A DNA stretch of 64,000 nt from Harriotta raleighana (taxonomy: Eukaryota), in NCBI GenBank assembly GCA_050575255.1, contig JBNZDD010013726.1, positions 2,611,763-2,675,762 on the forward strand. Direction: 5' to 3'. Shown here in pieces: positions 38,457 through 51,156 of this stretch. The translations under genes were made by a program, and so were the position numbers. How positions within the stretch are numbered: position 1 is the stretch's first letter; each line of letters begins with the position of its first letter. A model generated the notes under the pieces. The model had not been told where the DNA came from. It did not search any database and saw nothing but the letters and a program-made list of their open reading frames with translations.

Positions 38457-38900
38457 TGAAGGTGAGATATTGCAGTTATCGACCGTGACGTGTCGCTGAA
38501 ACAAGTAAGCTATTTCCATCCACCAGGCAGAGAAAGTTGGACATATACATGGAATATTACTTTATTTCGTAGGCTGTTAAATGTAGGAATATGCATTTAC
38601 AGTCCGTGAAGGTGAGATATTACGCCAGTTATCAGGATTAGTTGGACAATGACCGACAAACAGTCCATGTAGTCAAGATATTATAGCTGTTGTCATTTGT
38701 TAGACACAATAAGCCACAGACAGATGGTCAGTCAGTGAATGCAGTATACCCCAGCTGTTGTCAATCTGTGAGACAGTGATTCATAGTCAGACAGTCAAGC
38801 AGCGCAAGTGAAATATTACAGCTGATGACTGCCAGGAAAAGAGTAATTCCAAGGTAGATGGACAATCCATGTAGAAGAGATATCATCATTGTTATCAGTG
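38457..38900. repeat. Decayed ~65-bp minisatellite, about 7 units
   Basis: Recurrent GAGATATT(A)CAG(C)TGTTRTCA...GTTGGACA...CAGTCCATGTAG at about 38464, 38552, 38614, 38675, 38742, 38810, 38877. Confidence 0.6.
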
Positions 38901-39995
38901 TCAGTTGGGGTATTAACCAGTGAACCCTAAATTCCAAATGAAAAGACTATCACTTAGTTTTCTCCATTTATATATCTCCTACTCCTTGGTGCATACTATT
39001 CGTGAGAGTGAAAGGCAAATAACCTCCTACATCTCTGCTATTTCTGTAACACAACACAGCCTCCTGATACAGTCCATTCTCTCTCAATGGGAATGGCTTT
39101 TCTCTGCAGCCTCCAACCATCACCATATTTTTGTTAGGAATTAGAATTTTTCTGCATTTAGTTATGCTATTATGAGGTAATTTCACATGAGAGCTGCAAT
39201 ACCATATTTCAGTTATGTTGACTGGGAATCTCATAGTGTTATGGCCAGCCAACTTGGGCATTTTAGATGTGGTATGACAGGCAAAATCATCAGCTATCCT
39301 GAGCACAAAATCAGAACGACTTTGAGGAAAAGCATTTTTGAAAGAGATTAAAAACAAATGAGAAGATTCACAGAAACAGCCTTCTTACATCAATTGTAAG
39401 ATTGTTTTCTGCTGAGACCATGTGCATTTCTTCTATGGGACAACTTCATAAAACTCTTCAGCTTATTGCTCACAACCAAAGAATTCATTCTCTTTGGAAA
39501 GCACCTGGAACTCCACAACCCAATTGCTAACAGAAGGGAACCCGAGACACAGTATTCCCTCAGAACCAAATTGTCCCTCTCTAAAATGTCCAAGTACTGT
39601 TTTTTTTAACATTGAAATGAGAGTTTATTCTTCAGGTCCATTGTACAACAACAACAAAATTACATGTATAGAGCACCTTTCATGTTGGGAGGACATCCTA
39701 AGCCGCTGAAATTGTAGCAACCATTAGGTAAATAAAACAAAAACTGGGGTCAATTCTTCAAGCTTTTGTCCCTAGTGCAAGTACTCAATGTCAAAAAATT
39801 ATCATTTTGGTGTATTGGCAAAGATCCATCTTGTAGTGCTGACTGCCCTCTCTTTTTGCCTTGTCTGTATGCTGCTCCTTTATCATAACTGAATAGCTAT
39901 CTGAATGGCTATCTAATAAATCCTTCTATAACCTGCACCTTAACTCCTAATGAAAAACCCAGTAAGAAATGGTCCTATTTGTTCCTCAAGTCTAT

Positions 39996-41020
39996 TGTCT
40001 CGTGCGGCGTCCCTCAGGGCTCTGTCCTCGGTCCTCTCCTCTTCACCCTCTATATGCTCCCCCTTGGTGACATCATCCGGAAACATGGGGTTAACTTCCA
40101 CATGTATGCGGATGACACCCAACTCTACCTTTCCTCCTCTACCATCAACTCCATGACTACCCATGTCCTGACAGCCTGCCTGTCTGACATCAAGTCCTGG
40201 ACGAGAGACAACTTTCTTCAGCTCAATGTCCGGAAAACCGAGGCCCTCCTAATTGGCTCGCGTCAGCGCCTCCGCAACTCGGGTGCTGACAGCATCAGCA
40301 TCCAAGGCTGCACTCTCCACCTCGCAAAGCCAGTCAGGAACCTTGGTGTTCTATTTGACCCTGAGCTGTCCTTTCTCCCCCACATCCACGCCACAACTGG
40401 CACTGCCTTCCACCACCTCCGGAACATCGCCAGGCTACGACACTACCTCACCCCTCATGCTGCTGAAACACTAGTCCCCGCCTTCATCACCTCAAGGCTG
40501 GACTATGGGAACTCTCTCCTCGTAGGCCTTCCCGGCTCCTCCGTCCACAAGCTGCAGGTCATCCAGAACTCTGCAGCTCGTGTACTCTCCCATTCCAGGC
40601 TTCCCATCCTTGCCCGTCTCCACAGGCTCCCCATCCCCCGACCTACTATCCCCCTATCTACATGCCCGTACCCTCCGTTCCTCTGGCTCTGGTCTGCTCC
40701 ACATCCCCTGCCCTAACCGCCCTACCATCAGCGGCCGGGCTTTCAGCCGCTCAGCCCCTAGGCTCTGGAACTCCATCCCGAAGTGCCTTCACCTCGCTTC
40801 CTCCCTTTCCTCTTTCAAGGCCGGTCTCAAGAACTTTCTCTTCGACCATGCCTTCAGCTCCCCTCTCGACTTTCTACCCACCCCTCGCTCCCTCCCTTCC
40901 CCTCCCCTCACCCTGATCATTTCCCCCTGCTCGGGTCCTAAACCAACTGTCCAGCGCCTTGGGACGTCCTCCCGACATGAAACGCGCTCTATAAATGCAA
41001 TCTTGTTGTTGTTGTTGTTG
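39996..41020 (+). mobile_element. L2-clade LINE, 5'-truncated; reverse transcriptase C-terminal part still open (ORF 39979-40716)
   Basis: [89 protein letters not shown]; (TTG)n tail. Confidence 0.97.
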
Positions 41021-43344
41021 TTTTATTCTCTACTTTGAAATGGGAAAGATGCAAGATTCTGACTCTTGAATTTTGTAGTTCCATTTAATATACAAATTCA
41101 AGCTGCAACATCGAATTTTAGATGGAGGTAAACCTCAAAGCACCACAGGATTCATTGTAAAGTGTAGTGACTGTGTACTTTGTAGGTGAATGTGTAATGG
41201 TGAAATCTTGAGAATATAGCATAAACTGCAGGATCATTATACTGTAAAACATTTTATACCAATCTAGCGAAATCACAGACCAAAGATTCGACAAACATTC
41301 TCATTGCTTTCAAATCTGGTAGACATGTTGTACTATTGCATCAGATTTTTATGACATGCAATCCTAACGGTACATGCTAGGGTATATGCAGAGTGTGGTC
41401 TCAAGATTTTGCTGATAGAATCTGATTTTTACATTAGCGCAAACTAAATTTTTAATGTAAGTGAAGTTTACTTTTTATGGATTTTTCTTAAAAACTAAAA
41501 AATGAAGGATTAGAAATGAAACAAAAGTATTATGACTGTCAGCAGCACAAGTCACTGGTAACAGAGAAAAGGTAGATTGATAAAAGGCTGAATGATCAGG
41601 GCTGGATCTTTCATTCAATTGTTCTCAGTCATTGGATACTATCACCAGCTCAATAACTTCTCAATTTATGCAATAGTTAACTTAATATTTGATGTTTTTT
41701 CAAAAAAATGTAAATCAACATTGCCTTTGATATTCGATGACTACGATAGAATGAGAAACAGCTCAGTGAGGTCAGTAGAAACCATGACAAATGCTAGTCC
41801 TAACATTATCGTTTTCAATTTTCTCTCTATATGAATGCAATCTAACAGCAGAAGTATAGGCGGAATTTGTTATTTCGCACTGTTTCCCTCTGGCTGTCTT
41901 GGATGAGCTTCCACAGACACAGCTTTGTGCGTGATCGTACTTGATCTGACCAATGGTAAATTGAGAACCTCATTGGAAAAGTTTCAATAAGGAATTAAAT
42001 TTGAAAGTCACTATCTTCATGAACAAATGCTACAGGAAAGATTATCATTTCACTAAGAGCACACAAGTGCCAACAATAAAAAGTATTCACCATTTTACTC
42101 GATATTAATCTCCCAAACCAACAAAAAAAACTGGGAAATGCTTTATCCACAAAAGCAGTTAAGTACAAATATCTGTGCAAATTGTACAGGGAATTGAGGA
42201 TAAACAGGTTGACAGAATGATAGGTCGAGACCTCCAATTGGGACTGCTAGTTCCCAAACCCCCAGTGTGGTGGCCACAGCCCAATACTGCTTTTGGATCT
42301 TTGTGTGACATGATGTTGATTGAATCAATGACTTGTAGTTGTGTGGATTGTAGCAGCAAATGTGGTACACTGACTACCCCTGTGGGTTAGCATTGTGTAT
42401 AGTTCATGCTGTGGGCTAACTGAAAGTGATTTCCCTGTGGTATCATGTATATTGAGGAGGTTTCATGATGTTTGCCAAGTGAAGACTATTTAAAAATAGT
42501 GAAAGTACATGTCTTTCCTCTGAAAATACTAAACAACGAATAAGAAATGCTATGACATGGGGAATGTCAAGAGAGAGGACGTGAAAGCTCCATCAGGCTC
42601 CATCACCATGAAGTGCTCTGAGATGCATGAAGGAAATAAAGTTGTTGCTGCTTTTGTTATGAAATGAATGAACACGACAATGCAGGACACAGCAATGACA
42701 TATATGGAGCCTGTGTTGTTAGCTGGCTCATATTGACGTAGTAAATCAATGTTATTTATTTACTCATCAAAATAACAGAAGATCTTTATCATGTCAGTAT
42801 GTGCATTTTTCACTCTAGCTGACACCCAGGGGGAATGGTAGAACCATCAGAGCCATATATGCTGATAGATTATAGGGAGGATATAATGGGAGTGGATTCC
42901 CCAAAGCCATAATGGGATACAGTATATATGGAGGAAATTATACAAATGTGGGAATAGTAGCAGAAGGGTGGCTTTGGAGAGCAGCTAATCAAGTTTGAAT
43001 GGTAGAGTGGATTGGATAGTTGAGAGACCATGCTATCATTGCAGATTTTTTATCCAAAAGACTCACCATTTTATGTCTATTTCATCTTTTTCATCTCATT
43101 GTCTCTTTAACCCATTTAATATCAATTCTAATTGATTCGGGAATGATCTCCAGTACATTACATACACCTGTTGACCTTGATCTGAAATTGTTTTGCTTAA
43201 TTTTCCATTCACTCCTAGTTTCCTCACTTTTAATGTCCGTTACTTTTTATACAACTTTAATCAATCTGAACAATTTATCTGTATCAACTTAATCAATTCC
43301 ATTCAAAATTGTGAAACCTGTTTTCTTCTCCTAGGTAAACAGAG

Positions 43345-43400
43345 GCAATGTGGAGTAAGGAAACTTGCCCAATGTTTCGCCCTGACCTGGAATCAAACCC
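43345..43400 (-). mobile_element. tRNA-SINE head fragment
   Basis: ATGTGGAGTAAGGAAACTTGCCCAA...CCTGGAATCAAACCCAG is the reverse complement of the SINE 5' region. Confidence 0.7.
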
Positions 43401-44539
43401 AGTACATTGAAACCCAGTTCTCTAGTACATTAATACAAAATGTACTAAAATTACCTTATGTAAATCCGAGGCAGTTCTCAAATTATTGAAATAATTTTAG
43501 CTAAAACTAATCAAATCTGTACAGATCCCTTGTCAAAACTAAGAAAACACAACAGCAGATTGGAGGGATTTATTGCAGCTTTTCAATTCAGAATCCAATG
43601 CATTCCTGAGTCCAGATCTTCCCTTGGATGCTACAATACAAATAAGGGTTTTAGCTTGAGTGTTCGTGTCATAATTTGCCAGGTGTCAGTGTCGAGAACA
43701 TCTGTAAGTGACAGGTGTTATATGTTTTTATGTTTACAATATTGATTTTTCGCCGACTAGTTAGTGTTTTATCTTCTCCATAGGTGTCTGCCTAAGTTTT
43801 CTTATGATACATTATTGGATATATGTCATTATCAGACTATTGATGAGTTTGAGGTCAGTTTCCCTGGCAGTTCAGTAATGAGCATGTGTCGGTATCCCCT
43901 GCAGACGAGTGGTAGCTACAGATTCCAGCCCTGGTAATCACCAGAAATAATCCTTGCAGTTGATAGAGCGCATTTCAAATCAGGAGAACGTCTCAAAGCA
44001 CTTCACAGGATTTAGTGTAAAGAATAATGACTGTATATTTTGCATACAAATCAACTGGAGAGTAACATTTGAAACCCCAAGGAATACAGTTTAATCACCA
44101 AGGAAAAAGCAAATGACAAGATTAATTTAATTTTCATGGGGCATTTGATATCATCCAGAAGTAATCCATGCATTTGGTATACAATCTGAAACTTTAAATG
44201 TCTTAAAGCTCTTAACAGATAATTACTGCCAAGTGTAGTGATCGTTTTTTTGTAGCGAAAAGTTAGAGCCAGGCACAATAAAGGGCCACAAGTACTCATT
44301 AGGTTGAAGAACCTGAGAGATTGTTTGGCACAACACCAAGTAAAACTTCCAGCTGTTTTCAAATAATTTCATGGGATCTTTAATGTCCACCCAAACAGCG
44401 AACTGGTAAGTTAATGTAATCACATTCCCTCGGGAAGAACAGTTTTCTCACGTGCACCCGAAAGCATGAACTGGACACATACAACAGTGCCCTCTATGTA
44501 GGGTAATATATTAGAGCTCTTAACAGTGGTAGAGCAGAG

Positions 44540-44870
44540 CTGGGTGAGTGGGGATGGGGGGGGGGGGGGGGGGAGAAAGAAAATGAAAATGGGGGGGTGA
44601 GGTTTCCTCCCNGTCGAAGAGGAAGGTCAGGCAGGACTAGAAAAAGGAGAGTATGGGTGGGGAGACAAGGTGGAGGGATAGAGGGAAAGTGTTTGAGAGT
44701 AGTGGCTGGAAGCAAGCCCTCTGATGGTGGGGTGAAGAGTGCGAGGATGAGCAGAAAGCCGGTGCCAGTCGAGAGGAGGCATCAGGTGATGGATTGGAGA
44801 GTGAGGAGGTCGGGGAGCGGCGCCTAGGAGGCTGGTGAGGAGGTCATAATCCCTCATAAAGCCTCTGCCA
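44540..44870 (-). mobile_element. L2 LINE 3' fragment (contains an N at 44612)
   Basis: Purine-rich GGAGGTCGGGGAGCGGCGCC..., GGCATCAGG, AAGCCCT; antisense resembles the L2 ORF2 end (PRTL..TIRG). Confidence 0.55.
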
Positions 44871-45118
44871 GTGCTCCCCTACATGAGATGGTGAGCAATG
44901 CTGGATTACTAAAACCTTGGATTGCCCACATTTCACACCAGCTGGGAAAAAGCAGGTCAAAGAGTAAATTCACTCAGCTCAAAGGGAATAAACAGTCCAT
45001 TCAGTGACTAGATACAAAACGGCAGGTAAAGGAAGATTGATAAAATTGGGATGAATTGGAGTTCAGGCAGAATGAATTGAGAAAATGTAATTATCTCTAG
45101 AACGCAATCATTAGTATA

Positions 45119-45675
45119 CAGTTAACCCTCGTTGAAGGCGACTTAATCAATTGCGAATTCAAGTATACGCACGAAAGAAAAGCATCACGTTTTTGTGCAG
45201 TGCGTGTAAAACTTGTATATATGCGCCAGCTGGCCCCTGCGCGCATGCGCACATGTGAGTTCGCCGACAAAATCCGATGATTCCACGGTTGGCTGGTCCC
45301 AAGCGCATGCGCACTTTTGACGAGGCACTTTTAGATCCCGACTAAAGCCGATAATTCCTTGGCTGGCTTGCCCCGCGTGCAATGATTCCTGGGTAAGGTT
45401 TAGATAAGTTCGGCCTGATGTATTGCATGATAAACCGAAGAGACAGATCCACAGACAGTCTTCTACAGAGCCCGAGCGGCTCCCCCCACCCCCCTCTTCC
45501 CGGCCCCCGAGTGGCTCCCCCGGTGGCCGCCCCCGAGCGGCTCTCTGCAGCTTGAGGTGAGTGGCCTGCGACTGGATTCCCCTTTTCCCATTACTTCTTA
45601 AGGTTCACCAACGCAATTTCGTTGAGTGCGCAGTTTTCCAGGAACATAACCCCCGCGATCGACGAGAGTTAACTG
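45119..45675. mobile_element. Tc1/mariner (Tigger-like) MITE, 557 bp, CpG-rich
   Basis: TA|CAGTTAACCCTCGTTGA ... TCGACGAGAGTTAACTG|TA terminal inverted repeats with TA target duplication; internal CCCGAG(C/T)GGCTC repeats x3. Confidence 0.9.
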
Positions 45676-46231
45676 TACATCAATCAAGTTTCAACATGCT
45701 AGATTTCAAACTCCAAACACATTCTGTCAATTTATGGCAAGGATTGAGCAAAGCATCAAGTCAAGTCCCGACCAGCTCAAACTTGACGCAATTATCACAA
45801 AGAGGGTGACATTTCTCTTGGCACTAAATATTAACAAAAACGATGATGGTTTAGAATAGGATTTTGCTCAACAAGAACACACGCTTGGTGGTACACTTGC
45901 TCCAAGCATTCCCGGCCAGCCTGCTTTAATCAGCCAACATGAAAAATTGCTCCCATTTAGATATTTGCAGGAGGGGTCAGTGTCTTTATCTTACTTAGTG
46001 CAGTATCATACCACACCGACACAGCTCGCAGTCTCGTTTACTATTGATTCAGTGATATTCAGTGATATTATTTGTCGGGGAGCACATCCGCAAATATAAA
46101 CACAGATAAAAAATCCAATTGTAAAATGCTGCATGCAATAATTTCCCAGCAAACTAGGCCAACTATTTATAGCTCTTGAAAATGGTTTTAAAATGTGTTA
46201 AAGGCATTCTGTCAATTTGTGGAATGCTGCT

Positions 46232-46855
46232 TATTTCAACTGACCCCCAACTGTCCTTCCTCCCCACATCAGGTCCCTGACCAGCACCGCTTTCTTCCAC
46301 TTCAACCACATTGCCTGCCTCTGACAGTACCTTATCCCAAATGCAGCTGAAACCCTGTCACCTCCTGCTTGGATTATACCAATGCACTCCTTGCCGGTCT
46401 CCCCAGCTCCACCATCCAGCTGATTCAGAACTCTGAGGCCCGCATACTGACCCAGACCAATCTCCTTGCCCACATCATACCAGTTCTGGCCACAATCCAC
46501 TGGCTCCCATGGATGGATTGGATTGAATGGATTGACTTCAAGATCCTCGCACTTGTGTTCAAATACATTCACTCCCTGGCACCTCCTTACTTCTCCGACC
46601 TCCTTGCTCCCCAAATCACCACCAGAAGCCTCCGCTCGACTGCCACCGGCCTCTTGCTCGTCCCTCATTCCCTCTGCCTCATCATCAGAGGTCGCACTTT
46701 CAGCCACTATGCCCCAAACTCACTCAACCTCAATCAATAGGCCTCTCCCTCCTTTCAAGTTCCACCTGAAAACTTTCCACTTTGGCTGTGCTTATGGCCA
46801 TTAACCCCCAACCCTCCTCCCCCCAGCTCGGAGTCAGGCTCCATCACTGTTAAAT
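46232..46855 (+). mobile_element. Older L2 LINE 3' fragment, frameshifted
   Basis: DYTNALLAGLP, QLIQNSEARILT, HIIPVLATIHWLP, IDFKILALVFKYIHSLAPPY, TRSLRS, GRTFSHYAP. Confidence 0.92.
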
Positions 46856-48039
46856 CAGACGACAAGAATGGAAATATGGGAAATTCATTGTATTGAAAAT
46901 GTATACTCCATCAGAGAATAGTCAATGAATGCATTATTACTTCAACAAAAATATTGTAGATAATTAAATTGCCCAAAGTCATGAAATTCACCTTCCAAAG
47001 AGTTCCTATTGTAAATTGTAAAAGTAGCCAATATCTGGGACAAGAGGTTTGTCTTGTCTATCCCGTGCTATATCAACGCAAGTTATTGTTGTACCATGTC
47101 CTCTCCATTTTTTTCTACAACTGAGTATAAAATAATTTGCCTGAACATTTACTTTACCATTGCCAGAATAGTAAGCCCACCACAACTTCAACCCAGGAAT
47201 AAATCAAACAGTTTGTGGTCATTGAGGTGATAACTCGACGTTCGCAGACAAAAAAAAAGTGTAGCTGCTCAGCAGATAGACATATATGTACCCCTAAGAG
47301 GAGCAGGAGGAGGAATTAAAAGTGGACAAAGAATAAGAAACTTCTAAAGAAATTTAAAAAAATTGTTGTGTGAAAAATATCAAATGTTCCTGCAAAATGT
47401 TTGAAATTACGCGTAAAATTCTTCTTATTATAACAACTTCAACTAGGAGCTCCAATTTATACAACTATGGAAGTTGCATTTGTTTTGAATCTTCCGGCCA
47501 GCTTTGAAACTGGGAAGGTAAAGGATAAAAACTAGGTAATTCAATCCTCCCATGAGAAAAACATTCTCATTTTTCCCTTGGCAGGAGTGTTACGTGACAC
47601 CATCGTAAACACTGTTAATACCCTTGTTGTTTAAACTGAAAATTAAAAGTCAATATAAGGATTTAAGAAAGCACAGACTGAAAAAAGTCCACTCCTTCCA
47701 GCAGACCGCATTATTTACATCATCATTGACTTTCAAACCTCCTGAGAGAGCAAAGTAATCATAGATAAAGATGTGAAGTTCATTCAGTCTAATGCAACAC
47801 CTTGCTCTGCATGGGGCAGTCCTCATTATCAGCGCTTAAATTAAACAGTTTTATTCAATACACGTAAAATAAAGGAATGCTGTGGAGCAGGGTATTTTTT
47901 TTTAGCTTGCCACATAAGAACAGTGCTTTCTTGTTACCTTGCCATCAGACATTCCAAATATACCTGTGACTCACGCACAGGATAGAAAGTGTTTGACAAT
48001 TAAACATGCATAATTCTGTTGTAGGGAAATCCAAGGCTT

Positions 48040-48960
48040 GGTTACCAGGAGGGAGATATTAGATGGGGAGGAAGGGCAAACAGAGTGAGGGGGCTGGGGA
48101 GAGTCGGAGGTAAAAACAAAACACGAGGTTAGTGGGAATGGTGCAAATAGAGTACACTATCACCTGGCTAGCTTTCCAAACCGCCGTGCTAAAAGGCAGC
48201 AAATAAAGAATTGTGAAAGGCAAGACAAGGCTACATGATTAAAGGCACAGGCAGCATTTAGGGTGTCCTTCTGCTCTGCTCAACAAAAGAAGACCCAATG
48301 CTGTCTGTGAAGAGACTCAAAACCGGGCCCAGACACATGATATTTGATTGGACAAAACACAACACACTGCAGAAACAAAAAAGGGGGGGTGGGTTTCAAC
48401 GAAACTGGGGAGAAGAGGTGTTTAGTGGTGACAGAACAGACAGAAGGCAGGGGGTGTCTGGAGTTATGATTGTGACGGGGGAGGGGTTGCTCTTATGGTC
48501 TGAAGTGGCTAAAATCGATGTTGAGGCCAGAGGCCTACAAGGTCCCCAGCAGATAGATGAGATGCTGTTCCTCAAGCTTTCGCTGTAGGTCACTGTAACA
48601 GCGCAGGAGACCATGGATGGAAAGGTCAGCCTCTGAATGTGAGCGCAAGTTGAAATGGAGGGAGACCGGAAGATCCAGGGTTGACCTTCCGTACGGAGCG
48701 AAGGTGCTCTGCAAATCGGTCTCCCAATCTGCGCTTAGTGTTCCCGTTGTAGAGGACATCGTGAGCAGCGGATGCAGTATACTACATTGGTGGTAGTACA
48801 CGTGAATCGCTGCCTCACATGGAAGCTGTGTTTTGGCCCCTGGAGATGGTTTGGTTGGAGGTGAAAAGGCCAGGTATTACATCACCTGCGATGGCATGGG
48901 AAGGTGCCAGGGGAAGGAGAGCAGCTGAGGGTGCTGATGATGCTGTCATGATGGTAATGT
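48040..48960 (-). mobile_element. Penelope-like retroelement: GIY-YIG endonuclease C-terminus plus 3' UTR, degenerate
   Basis: Minus-strand pieces PGTFPC, GPKHSFHVRQRFTCTTTNVVYCIRCSRC, KRRLGDRFAEHLRSVRK, PVSLHFN..SHS..DLSIHGL, RKLEEQHLIYLLGTL, GLNIDFS; left boundary approximate. Confidence 0.9.
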
Positions 48961-48992
48961 CCTTAAAAACCTCTCCCTCTAAAACACTCCCC

Positions 48993-49029
48993 AGTTCTGA
49001 CGAAGGATCATGGACCCGAAACATTGACT
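48993..49029 (+). ncRNA. Minimal type I hammerhead ribozyme motif in an inverted Penelope pseudo-LTR (pLTR extends to ~49086), probably mutated
   Basis: AGTT-CTGACGA-A-GGATCATGGACCC-GAAA-C-ATT-GACT: core CUGANGA and GAAA, stem II GG(A)TC/GA(C)CC, stem I AGTT/GACT. Confidence 0.65.
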
Positions 49030-49427
49030 TACTTTCCTTTCTCCATGGATGCTGCCTGACTTGCTGAGTTTCCCCAGCAACTTCTATGATATATGATTGG
49101 CCCCCCTCACTAACTTGCGCTTGCCTCCAGTATCTCTATCTATTTGCTCCATATCTCCATTGCCAATAGGGGATTTTACATTTCTCTTTTATATGGCTTG
49201 ATAGTATTTTAGTGATTCGTCAATGATATTTTCTCTCGCAGCATACAGGTGCTATACCAAATGCAAGGGTTATTATTATTATGTGTTTCAGTTATTTCAG
49301 AAAGACTCCTTGAGTATGTATTTTCAAAATATTGTTGTTTCTAGTATAGCTTGAAATGAAATTGGTGTATGTATTTGCAGTGGGTCCACTGATAATGTAC
49401 TGACATATATGAAGGAGAAAACTTTAC

Positions 49428-49574
49428 CTTGTTGCTCCAGCCGGACACGCCAGTTGCCTTGGAGGGAGAGTTTGCTGCACTGGTACCAATCATCACCAAA
49501 TACCAGTTGGATTTAGGCTGCAAATCAAACCCAGTTCCTAGAGCTGAAGAATAAATTGAAATACACTGAGCCAT
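49428..49574 (-). other. Candidate exon: ATG-initiated 49-codon first exon, or internal exon 49428-49543
   Basis: AGGATGG Kozak, MAQCISIY...SGWSNK, AAG|GTAAAG donor; internal acceptor TTTCAATTTATTCTTCAG; CpG-retaining unique sequence upstream. No recognised homology. Confidence 0.25.
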
Positions 49575-50894
49575 CCTACTTTATCGGAACACAAACACAT
49601 CAGCAATTCAAAACACATTGGCTGAAAGCACACCTACGCAGATTATTTTAATTATCCATATCTCGCCAAAACTAGACTGTGCTTCCATCAGAATTGAATA
49701 AACTCATACTTTGTGAGCAGAGCGCTGGCCAAGCTGGAAATGAAAAGCAAGTGAAACCCGAGCGGCTGCAGCACAATTCACTTGCTGCAAACACACAGAA
49801 ATAATTGCTTATCCGTGGAAAAACAGGACCTCCTCCGCAATACTTTACACCACACAGGGTTTTTGACACATGTCAAACTGCTGTTCTTTTTGGGGAAAAA
49901 AAAGCTTTTAGACGAAAAATTACAATTCTGAAATGATTGAGGAGAGTCTTTTGTTAATCATTGTGCCACCTTAACTTGAATTTCCAAAGCTCAAATTCAG
50001 ATTTAAAGCCACTGATTGATTGCACATTTTATCCTTGGTTGTGATTATGTGATTGGATCCGTTGATTTGAATATTTAATCAGATGCCTGAATTGGGATAG
50101 ACTCAGTTCTGATAAAGAGTTTTACCTGACACAAATGCTGATCAACCTAACGAACACAGTTATTTTAAAAATATATTTATTTCAGACATACCTACTGACA
50201 GGCTAACTTGTTGGGTNGTTCTGATAAAGAGTTTTACCTGACACAAATGCTGATCAACCTAACGAACACAGTTTTTAAAAAAATATATTTATTTCAGACA
50301 TACCTACTGACAGGCTAACTTGTTGGGTTTGCAATGAGAGTTCTGGAGACTTACAGGCAACCTTATTTTTATTTCTGTGAGCTACCAGGGTTTCCCACTT
50401 TTAATGACATCACGCAGATACATTCTTGCACAACCCAAGCTATAACAACAATTGTACAGTACTGATGCGCACAAAACCACTGCATATTACAATATATCCT
50501 TTGAAGCAATTTGGAAACTCCTCCACACTTCAAAGCTTCCATACCAAATATAATGATTATTATTATTTATTATTATGACTGTCAAACTCCATCAAGTTTC
50601 TCCATTGAAATGCCAAATACATCCCATGTTGGATTTTTTCAATGCCGCAAATGCAAATGGTGTAATTATTTTGGCCATTTCCAACCCTCCTTATGACAGA
50701 GTAGTTACCTTCAGACGGATATGATTCTTGTAAAGACTATTGCTACAACGGTTGCAGTCTTTCCAACCAATTGTGTGGAGTTTGCTCAATATTGTCGCTC
50801 GTCATTGTCAGCAATCTTGCAGCATCACAAATTCTGGAAGTGAAATGTTCCTTCCTGTTGTCACCACATTGTGCCACTCTTCCATCCTTCACAA

Positions 50895-51156
50895 GTTAAT
50901 AATAATAATTCTTGCATTTAATATAATACCTTATCACATCGTCAAGACATTAAGTGAATTGACTGTATATTTTATGGGCAAAACGTAGCAGCCAATAAGT
51001 CATGGATTAAGTGACAATTTTTTTTTAATGAATTATTACCCTCGAAGAAACGAGCCGTCAATCGACTGACAATCGGTTTCCTACTTATTGCTACGTAAAT
51101 AGAAGCATGTGGAGAAGGAAACTTGTGCTCTAACCACTAAGCTACAGGACTCCACA
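50895..51156 (-). mobile_element. tRNA-derived SINE with internal deletions
   Basis: CTCTAACCACTAAGCTACAGGACTCCAC (head, reverse complement), GCATGTGGAGAAGGAAACTTG, GTGAATTGACTGTATATTT, (AAT)n CTTGCATTT tail. Confidence 0.8.

Noticed and set aside
39979-40716. 245-aa reverse-transcriptase ORF as a host gene or novel RT system
   Set aside because: It is a 5'-truncated L2 ORF2 with a typical tail, no genuine start codon, and a frameshifting deletion near its end
50106-50327. ~110-bp tandem duplication
   Set aside because: Split by the N at 50217; assembly overlap artefact
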